DNA from: Erythrobacteraceae bacterium
GTDB lineage: Bacteria > Pseudomonadota > Alphaproteobacteria > Sphingomonadales > Sphingomonadaceae
DNA: 64,000 nt
Direction of reading: 5' to 3'
NCBI GenBank assembly: GCA_027487015.1
Contig: JAIYEK010000169.1
Span: 9,080 to 73,079, forward strand
This document shows positions 16,544-23,644 of the stretch, in pieces (position 1 is the first letter of the stretch; every line of letters starts with the position of its first letter). Both the position numbers and the translations under genes were made by a program. The notes beneath the pieces were generated by a model. That model saw only the letters and a list, made by a program, of their open reading frames with translations. It was not told the origin of the DNA and ran no database searches.

Positions 16544-18024
16544 TCGTCGTCCTCTGCGTCTAGGGCATCCCACGGATCGAAGCTGTCGTCTTCGTCCGCG
16601 TCGATGTCGTCCTCGGGAACTTCATCGTCTCCAGAAGGCGAACTAGCCGCCGCTTCGACTGACTTTTTTTTCGCTCTTGGCGGCGGTGGATCGAATGAAA
16701 CGGGGCATATCCATCGCTCGGGTCGGCAGTCGATCACGCAGCTTTGATCGCGCGATACAGGCAGCTCTATCCGTTCAGTTCCATCAGACAGAAAGGAGAA
16801 ATAGGCGAGGTAAAGGGTGCGCCATTGCTCGTTGAACCATTGCTTGCAGAAGCTGCGGCGGATTTTATGCGCCTTGTCGGGGTCGCCCAGCAGCTCGCGG
16901 CCGTTGATGGTGAAAGCGACATGCGCCTCGACATGCGCTTCATCTGCCTCTCCGAATGCGAACTGGAGCCGCGGCGCATAGTGCCAGTGCATGCCGATCA
17001 CCCGTTCGTCGCCAACCTTCTTTGTCTTCACGCCATAGAGATATCGCTTCCGCTTGCGGCCGTCGAAGTCGGTAAACCGGACGTACTGGCCCTCGACCAT
17101 TCCCAGCGGAAGGAACCATCCGACCCGATTAGATGCAAGCTCAAGCCGCTGTAGACCGCGCGCCTCGCAAAATCGATCCCAAGCTTGCCGTAGCATGTTC
17201 ACGATATGATTGGACGCGTCGCGCCGCGATACGATGGGCGCGCCTCGCTCTGCGCTAGCGTCGAGAAAATCCTCGATGCTCACATCCGCGCGCAAGCTGA
17301 GCGCTGTTTCCGGCCCAAGCATTTCCCGAATCTCGTCTTCGGCAGCGAAGGTGATCAGCAACGCGCCATTGATCACGCTGGGGACCTTGAGGCGGCTTGG
17401 CAAATGTTTCAGGCCATCCGCCGAAACGCCAACATTGTGAAAGCGAATGCGTGGAGGCAGTTCAGATATTCCCAAGGAATTGGTCATGAGCTCGCTTTCG
17501 CGCTCGATGACGCGATGGCTGCCTTCAAACCAGTTCGCTACCCATTGCCCGACCGCGCTTGGCGTAGCCGATTTCGGAAACCCTTCCTTCTCCAGTAACT
17601 TGAGCAAACGAGCGAGGCCTTCCGCCCACGAAGGATCGAACGGAATAGCATTCTGCCTACCGAGCTGAATCGGCATATTGCTGCGCCTCAGCGGGCCAAG
17701 CGTCACCGGCACAATGAAGTCGGTATGCTGGACACCGATGCTTTCCGCCGTTGCGACCGCTCGCTCTATTTCATCGAGGACGCCATTTTTGTCACGCGTT
17801 ACGCTCGATACGGCGACGACGGTCTTGCCGATTACGGTATCGAAGGCCTCTTCGATATCGACCCAGAAGCGCTCGCCACCGATTAGCTGTGTCGCCTCGG
17901 ACCATACGCTATAGCCGGCATTCGCAAGCTGCATCCCGAGCCACGCTGCAAATTCCGTATCTTCTGGCATCGCGTGACTTAGGAAGATCACATCTCTCGA
18001 CGGCGTCGTGGCCTTACTGCTCAA
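16540..18024 (-). CDS. TIR-APAZ protein (SPARTA partner), with an acidic C-terminal tail
   Basis: N-terminal TIR: DVIFLSHAMPEDTEFAAWLGMQLANAGYSVWSEATQLIGGERFWVDIEEAF...VVAVSSVTRDKNGVLDEIERA. A ~300-aa APAZ-sized region follows. The tail is DDEVPEDDIDADEDDSFDPWDALDAEDDE. The start is non-ATG: TTG 18024, or alternatively GTG 17991. Confidence 0.85.
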   Translation of the reverse strand: MSSKATTPSRDVIFLSHAMPEDTEFAAWLGMQLANAGYSVWSEATQLIGGERFWVDIEEAFDTVIGKTVVAVSSVTRDKNGVLDEIERAVATAESIGVQHTDFIVPVTLGPLRRSNMPIQLGRQNAIPFDPSWAEGLARLLKLLEKEGFPKSATPSAVGQWVANWFEGSHRVIERESELMTNSLGISELPPRIRFHNVGVSADGLKHLPSRLKVPSVINGALLITFAAEDEIREMLGPETALSLRADVSIEDFLDASAERGAPIVSRRDASNHIVNMLRQAWDRFCEARGLQRLELASNRVGWFLPLGMVEGQYVRFTDFDGRKRKRYLYGVKTKKVGDERVIGMHWHYAPRLQFAFGEADEAHVEAHVAFTINGRELLGDPDKAHKIRRSFCKQWFNEQWRTLYLAYFSFLSDGTERIELPVSRDQSCVIDCRPERWICPVSFDPPPPRAKKKSVEAAASSPSGDDEVPEDDIDADEDDSFDPWDALDAEDDE

Positions 18025-18446
18025 AATCGCAACCCCTCAGTTCGTACCGCCGGCGCATACTCTCGATTGCAATTGAGCCGCTTTCATCAAGATAGCGGTG
18101 TGCCCGACGGTTAGGTAGAATATTCTTGTCCAAACCAAACACCTTCATCACGTGGTCGGCTAGGATGAGCCACAATTGGCCCCGTAAATGAACAACCGGT
18201 TCGACGGTCAAGCGAGGCGTAGTGAATGTCGCCTTTTCAGGCGGCTGTTCTCTTCGGGTTTTGCGCCCAATATCGGTCGTCCCGTCCAGCGCGGCGCGCC
18301 CCTAAGATCCTTCGTCTGTCCATCCTGCTGCGAGTGTTGCCCGCTTCGTTCTTGCCCACGAAACAGGCAATCTGGTCATCAATGTCGATCGGCCCGCTAT
18401 CCCAGATGCTGCGGAACTCACGGACCCGGTGCTGCTTCAGCTTCAT
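18014..18446 (-). pseudogene. decayed remnant of an AAA_15/OLD/ABC-type ATPase gene
   Basis: The ORF at 18237-18446 begins MKLKQHRVREFRSIWDSGPIDIDDQIACFVGKNEAGNT. This is the classic N-terminus plus Walker A region of this family (M.L..v.v.NFRSi.d...i......tvlvGkN.sGKS), but it loses frame right after the P-loop. The short ORF 18014-18211 may be a C-terminal leftover. Confidence 0.4.
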
Positions 18447-18617
18447 CTCAAGCCCATCCTGTTGCTTCGCTGCGCGGTAATCGCAGGAATCTCCATAAAG
18501 GAACAGAAAGCGAACGGAAAGCCTTGCGATTTGCTGATCTGTGGGCAGATAAGTGAATAGAGTGTAGCAACATCATCACCGAGTGAAGAACGATCTTCGG
18601 TTCGAATATTTGTTGTT

Positions 18618-19118
18618 CTAGACTTGGAAAAACTCGGGCACCCCCTTCAGCGCGGCTAGCACCGACGTGCAGACATGCAACACGTCGTGTTTCTTACCGT
18701 CCGGGGTCTCGACCACGACCGTTTCGCGGGCATCGGAGTGCGTTGTTCCGTCTGAATAGTAGGAACCGTTGCTGAACGCCGCACCCTTGCCGCGATTGAG
18801 GTGTTCTGCACGCAGGCCGACTAGCTCAGACTTGGGGTGTCGGGTGAGCTCCACGTGCTTCCCGGCATTCGCTATTGCCCTGACGGTATGGAAAGCAGGG
18901 AACCTGGCAGCGATCTCCTCTGCGATCGCGTGCGGAGTGCTAGACCTGACATGCGCGACCACGTCCGCAAAGTGGTATAGGATGATGCAAGATGAAATGG
19001 CGAGGTCGTAGGCGCTTGGCTCCGCCTCGAAGCGACGGCAAAGCGGTGAAGCGAGTTCGTCGATGTATACTTGAGGATTTGAAAAGGCCATGGTTGGTGC
19101 ATACTCGGACACGATCAA
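18618..19118 (-). CDS. hypothetical protein; possible HEPN-like motif
   Basis: The ORF is 157-166 aa, with alternative ATGs at 19118 and 19091. VRAIANAGKHVE resembles the R..(G)N...H motif of DUF4145/HEPN-like domains. No other motif was recognised. Confidence 0.5.
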   Translation of the reverse strand: MIVSEYAPTMAFSNPQVYIDELASPLCRRFEAEPSAYDLAISSCIILYHFADVVAHVRSSTPHAIAEEIAARFPAFHTVRAIANAGKHVELTRHPKSELVGLRAEHLNRGKGAAFSNGSYYSDGTTHSDARETVVVETPDGKKHDVLHVCTSVLAALKGVPEFFQV

Positions 19119-19188
19119 TTATTCCACAAGGCATCATCCTCGACGTTGCAAACCCTGCAGGTTGGGGCCGCTTTCAGGAAATCGGTAG

Positions 19189-19767
19189 GGTCACTCTAAT
19201 GACCGAGATTGGCGCGTCTTCCGGTTGCCTGACCATGAAGGCGAGGTGGTGTTCGCCGAATTCTCGAATGACAACCGGCGGCTCATGACGGTGACCCGCG
19301 AGCGAATCCGGGTCTGGGATGTCAGCCGCCTCGCGGCCTAGCAAGGTCGCCCGGTGCTCGGCTTGGTCGCCGCGCTGGCGGACGGAACCGGCACCGTCTC
19401 CGAGGAAGAACGCAAGGACATCCTCATGGTGATGTCCCCCGTAGACGTTCACGAGGCTCTGCTAGCGTTGCTGAGCGAAGTGGATCGTCTGGAGGTCGGG
19501 CACCGGCGCACTTGGCTTCGGGCAGACCTTTCTGCTCCGGCCATCGAGAAGGCGGCGTGCGGCACCGGGGGCGCGCCGGGATCCCGCTTAGCGCCGGCTG
19601 CGAAAGCGGCTCTGGGTTTCGCCACTCGCTCGGACGACGGCTTCTACTTCACCATGTATACGAACAGGTTACCATACAAGATCGCGAACCTTGTGAGACC
19701 TGCAGATGAGGCGGATCTAACGGCTCACCCATCCTTGACGTCCAATAGCTCGGCCACCAAGGTTTGA
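19189..19767 (+). pseudogene. 5'-truncated WD40-repeat protein C-terminus with an in-frame TAG
   Basis: My translation gives GHSNDRDWRVFRLPDHEGEVVFAEFSNDNRRLMTVTRERIRVWDVSRLAA, then a stop at 19339-19341, then the same frame continues as QGRPVLGLVAALADGTGTVSEEERKD... to 19767. HEGEV..AEFS.D..RL.T.....IRVWDV is a canonical last WD40 blade. There is no upstream coding continuation, since a stop lies at 19186. Confidence 0.4.
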
Positions 19768-20498
19768 AAAATCAGAGGATAAGGCGTCACGGGTGTCTCG
19801 TCTACGTCCCGGCGTTTGACTACGTCCCGGTTGGCTTCTTCAGGCGGACTTGCCGACGCGCGGCGCCGCGCAATGTCCGCGAGCACCTCGGCTTCGACTA
19901 CCTTCACCCGATCGTTGGGCGTGGACGCAAGCTCAGCCGCAGCGCCCCCAACCGATTTCAGGGTGTAGATCATTCGCGCCGGAATGATCCGCTCGAACAG
20001 CGCTGCCTCGTCTAGGACCCCTTCCATACCGCCTATGCAAACCATGGCATCCGGTCGGGTATCGAGCAGCATCTGACGGCGCATTGCCGCCAGGCTCATG
20101 AGGCATTGGGGCGCCTGGCGCTTCTCAGGGTCATACCGTTCGCCACCGACAGCAGCCGTCCAAACGACCGTTGCCGCCTCCAATTCGTAGATCAGCAGGG
20201 TCGCCTCTTCGGCGACCTCGCGAAAAGCCTCGGACTGGTAGATGACCACCGAGGCGGGCGCCCGATCCTCGCCGCTTTCGGCGCGGCGTGGCTTGCGATA
20301 TTCGCCGGCCACCATGGCGACTAGGGGCGAGATCGTCGGGTGTGCTCCAAAGACGAGCCGCCCGCCCCGCGCAAACACAGCCCGCGCTAGGCTAATGACC
20401 GCCTGTTCGATCTCGAAAGCGGCGCGCCGCTCGCGGCGGAAACGCTCGGCACGTTCCGGCAGGGGCACGCTTGCGGACAGGAAGACGGTCAACATCAC
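19725..20498 (-). CDS. stand-alone SLOG (LOG/DprA-like Rossmannoid) domain protein, TIR-associated type
   Basis: VFLSASVPLPER...AVISLARAVFARGGRLVFGAHPTISPLVAMVA and VCIGGMEGVLDEAALF fit the SLOG pattern of TIR-associated clades (hFhSAS.P / GGHP / GG.eGh). The start overlaps the upstream stop (TGATG). Confidence 0.65.
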   Translation of the reverse strand: MMLTVFLSASVPLPERAERFRRERRAAFEIEQAVISLARAVFARGGRLVFGAHPTISPLVAMVAGEYRKPRRAESGEDRAPASVVIYQSEAFREVAEEATLLIYELEAATVVWTAAVGGERYDPEKRQAPQCLMSLAAMRRQMLLDTRPDAMVCIGGMEGVLDEAALFERIIPARMIYTLKSVGGAAAELASTPNDRVKVVEAEVLADIARRRASASPPEEANRDVVKRRDVDETPVTPYPLIFQTLVAELLDVKDG

Positions 20499-21787
20499 AG
20501 ACTTCCCTGCACCATCTGACGACCGAGGATGAGCATGTCGCCCTCATCGCAGAACTTGAGAGTGCTGACATCGGCTAGCCAGGACAAGCGCGCATGCCGC
20601 CCAGGCTCCATCAGCTGCGACAATCCGATTACGACGCCGACAGTTGGGTGTGCGATTTGGCTGTGAACTCGGTGAAAATCCGGCAGGTCGGGCGGGCGCG
20701 GCGTGACCGACACGATGTAGGTTTTGCTTCCGGTCGCAGCGTTGATCTGAAAGGCGCCGAAGCCCACAGGAATTGGCCGCGAGCCTCCGGCACCCAGAAT
20801 CGCACCCTCAAGTGTCGCCTCGAGAATCTGGCGGCGGCGCACGATGGCGCGGTCGTGTTCGCGGCGGATGAGCGCAACGACCTCATCAAGCTTAGCTGCC
20901 ACGAGAACGGCGTTTGGCCTGAACGCGCCTCCGACGAAATCGATCCCTTCGAGACGCGTTCGCAGCGCCTCGTCCACACCCGGAATCGGGGGTGCGCTGC
21001 AGACGTTCAGCGCGTGCATGCCCAGGACGCAGGTCTTGGCGACATTCACTTCATATGTGACCCATGAGGACTGGAGGAAAGTGTCGGACTCTAGAAAAAG
21101 CACCATCGACTTGTCGCCGAGCTGTTCGGTTAGCCGCGCCTGGAAGTTGACGCCCGGTGGAATCCGGAAGTGATCCAGAAAAACATCGAAGCCAGCGTGG
21201 CCGAGTGCATCGAAGATCTGGATAGCGAGGCCGGCGGTTTCCGCCTGACGGTAGCTGATGAAGATCTTTGGGAGCTCAGCAGTGATTCCGGCCAAGCCCA
21301 GAATGGCCGGGACCGCCTCGGCGGGGGAGCCGCTCCAGAAGGCAGCGTTGTAGGCGCTAACCCAACTGGGAAACATCGTCGAGAATTGGGGCTTCGATAC
21401 CATCGGCGCAACCGGTAGCACCACGTGGGCGGGCGCGCCCGCCGCCCAGCCCGCCAACGCCGGCTGTTGATCCGGAAACGCCTGATGTCCGTCGGTCACC
21501 ATTACCAGAGCCTTCTGACAATTAGGTTCGTTTTGCGCGTGACAGCCGTCTATGCCGCCTAAGCCGCCGCCGCACGGCGGAACCGCTTGCCGGGTAGCGC
21601 CCATGGCAAGCAACTCAGCCGCCAGCGCATCGCGCAATTCCCACAGATCCTGCTGCGCCTGCGATGTCCCGCAGTGGGCCAAGCTGACGAGGGCGGGGTT
21701 TTGCACTGCCAAGCCTTCCCAGCTCTCACAGCGAAAGCCGCTCCCGTCCTGCCAGCGCACGATCACCTGCGCACCGCTCATCAGCAT
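20495..21787 (-). CDS. three-part protein with a central TIR domain
   Basis: KIFISYRQAETAGLAIQIFDALGHAGFDVFLDHFRIPPGVNFQARLTEQLGDKSMVLFLESDTFLQSSWVTYEVNVA is a TIR core that includes the conserved W..(Y)E position. I recognise no family in the ~175-aa N-terminal region or the ~150-aa C-terminal region. ATG 21787 is preceded by GGGAGGGG. Confidence 0.8.
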   Translation of the reverse strand: MLMSGAQVIVRWQDGSGFRCESWEGLAVQNPALVSLAHCGTSQAQQDLWELRDALAAELLAMGATRQAVPPCGGGLGGIDGCHAQNEPNCQKALVMVTDGHQAFPDQQPALAGWAAGAPAHVVLPVAPMVSKPQFSTMFPSWVSAYNAAFWSGSPAEAVPAILGLAGITAELPKIFISYRQAETAGLAIQIFDALGHAGFDVFLDHFRIPPGVNFQARLTEQLGDKSMVLFLESDTFLQSSWVTYEVNVAKTCVLGMHALNVCSAPPIPGVDEALRTRLEGIDFVGGAFRPNAVLVAAKLDEVVALIRREHDRAIVRRRQILEATLEGAILGAGGSRPIPVGFGAFQINAATGSKTYIVSVTPRPPDLPDFHRVHSQIAHPTVGVVIGLSQLMEPGRHARLSWLADVSTLKFCDEGDMLILGRQMVQGSL

Positions 21788-22353
21788 GCTGTCCCCTCCC
21801 GGCTAGATGAGCCGCATACTATCACAACTTCTGGCGCTCGCCGACGATCATCGCCTTGCCATGGTCCGCAGCGTCTAGACGCCGTCGCTAACGGCCACCT
21901 TGATACGCCTCGAGCTGCGCCCAGCCGACAAGATTCTTGTAGCCGCACTGCCTAGCGTGATCGTAGGCGCGTCGCGCCGTGCGATAGGGGCTTGATGAAC
22001 TTCCGCCCGGACACAATCGCGAACCAGTTCGGCCAAGCCACCGAATCGGCCGTCATACGCCCGCTTCAGACTGAGGCAGGCCCTCGTCCGCTTTGGAATG
22101 CTGTCGATTCACTCCTGAGCCTCTCAGATTGTCGCACTGCCGCCGGACCGCTCAATAGAATTCGATTAGCGGGTTCCGGCAAAAGCGGCAATTCACGCGT
22201 CACGCGCGCGCCTTGGAACAGCTTGAGCTGGTCGATTGGCGATCTAGGCAGACGGAAAGCGCCGCTGCTCTGCGGCCAATCAGATTATGGCTCGATTAAG
22301 ACGCTTAAGCTGGGAGCCCCCGACAATTTGGCGTTTGACACCTTTGGCCTGAG

Positions 22354-22397
22354 AATCCTATCTGTCCTTAGTCCTAGGACGGCGGACAGATAGGATT
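22354..22397. promoter_or_regulatory. nested palindrome abutting the start codon of the AbiEi-like gene
   Basis: AATCCTATCTGTCC (22354-22367) and GGACAGATAGGATT (22384-22397) are perfect 14-bp inverted arms. The 16-nt spacer contains the perfect 10-bp palindrome GTCCTAGGAC (22371-22380). The right arm ends 3 nt before ATG 22401 and includes the only AGGA-like SD candidate. Confidence 0.6.
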
Positions 22398-22400
22398 TGT

Positions 22401-22952
22401 ATGAAAAGCCAGGACATCGTCATCATGCTCAAGCTGGTGAGCTTAGAAGACCAGATCAGGCAGGCTCATCTCGATGAACCGACGATCTCCGATCCGTTCG
22501 CACTGCGAAGTCTTGAAAGCGAACTAGGCATCAGCAAAACCGAGATCGGCGCATCGATCCGACGCAGTATCGCCTCTAACCTGGCCATAAAATCTAATGA
22601 TCGCGCCAAGGTGAACCGGCGCAATCTCACCGAATTCGTCCAGCACGGGCTGAAATATGTCTTCCCCGCAAAACCGGGCGCACCGCAGCGCGGCGTTGCC
22701 ACGGGCTTTGCCGCACCTATGCTCGAAGGTAAACTCGTAAGCTCCGGTGCCGACATCTATATTTGGCCCCATCCCGAAGGAAGTCAGAGAGGTCTTTCAA
22801 TCGCTCCGTTGTTCAAGTCTGTCCCCGACGCAGCTCTCAAAGACGCCCGACTCTACGAATTGCTGGCGCTGATCGATGCAATCAGAACCGGCAATCAGCG
22901 CGAAGCAAATCTGGCCCAACGCAGCTTTGAGGAACGGATGGCGTACGCATGA
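22401..22952 (+). CDS. putative wHTH antitoxin/regulator (AbiEi-like)
   Basis: A 183-aa ORF that overlaps the downstream nucleotidyltransferase-like gene by 4 nt. The assignment rests on gene context rather than on a clear motif. Confidence 0.45.
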   Translation: MKSQDIVIMLKLVSLEDQIRQAHLDEPTISDPFALRSLESELGISKTEIGASIRRSIASNLAIKSNDRAKVNRRNLTEFVQHGLKYVFPAKPGAPQRGVATGFAAPMLEGKLVSSGADIYIWPHPEGSQRGLSIAPLFKSVPDAALKDARLYELLALIDAIRTGNQREANLAQRSFEERMAYA

Positions 22953-23644
22953 GCCTGCAAGGTGAACTTCTCGAAATGCTGGAAACCGTCGCCCAAGCAT
23001 TGGGCGATGATCTGTGCCAGCGGATGGTGTTTGTCGGCGGGTGCTCGACCGCAGTGCTCATCACTGACGAGATAACACTGCAGGAAGTGCGAGCCACAGA
23101 CGATGTCGACCTGATCATTGACCTAGCCGGAATGGCCCAGTGGATGCAGCTGCAGGAAACCCTGCACCAAAAGGGATTCACGGTGTCGGGGGAAGATGAC
23201 GTGATTTGCCGAATGCGGCTCGGCGACCTCAAAGTCGATTTCATGCCCGACGACCCGGACATCTTGGGGTTCAGCAATCGATGGTACAAGGAAGGCATCT
23301 ACACGGCAGTCAAGTACGCCCTGCCCAGTGGGCGTGTGATCAAGCACCTGACACCGCCGATCTTTCTGGCCACCAAGCTCGAAGCCTATGCTGGCCGCGG
23401 CGCGAATGACCCCATAGGAAGCCACGATCTGGAAGACATCCTCAATGTCGTGGACGGACGACCAACACTCTTGACCGAAGTGCAGGCGGCAGAAGCCCAA
23501 GTGCGTGGGTACCTGTCGGAGCAGTTCGAGGCGCTACTACATCACCCAGACTTCGAGATTTTCCTTTATGGAAATATCCGGGGGCCCGATGGCCGAGCCG
23601 CGATGGTGCATGGCAGGGTGAAGGCGTTGGCCGGGATCAAATAG
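22949..23644 (+). CDS. nucleotidyltransferase-fold protein (AbiEii/MNT-like toxin family)
   Basis: MVFVGGCSTAVLITD...VRATDDVDLIID fits the GG...(x)n...D.D NTase signature. GSHDLEDILNVV lies further downstream. Confidence 0.55.
   Translation: MSLQGELLEMLETVAQALGDDLCQRMVFVGGCSTAVLITDEITLQEVRATDDVDLIIDLAGMAQWMQLQETLHQKGFTVSGEDDVICRMRLGDLKVDFMPDDPDILGFSNRWYKEGIYTAVKYALPSGRVIKHLTPPIFLATKLEAYAGRGANDPIGSHDLEDILNVVDGRPTLLTEVQAAEAQVRGYLSEQFEALLHHPDFEIFLYGNIRGPDGRAAMVHGRVKALAGIK

Noticed and set aside
21788-22400. 133-aa ORF 21992-22393 and possible coding remnants in the 600-bp gap
   Set aside because: There are no motifs, GC3 is only moderate, and the ORF ends inside the nested palindrome. On the minus strand I could read only short fragments with stops. 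It is left unannotated as possibly degraded sequence.
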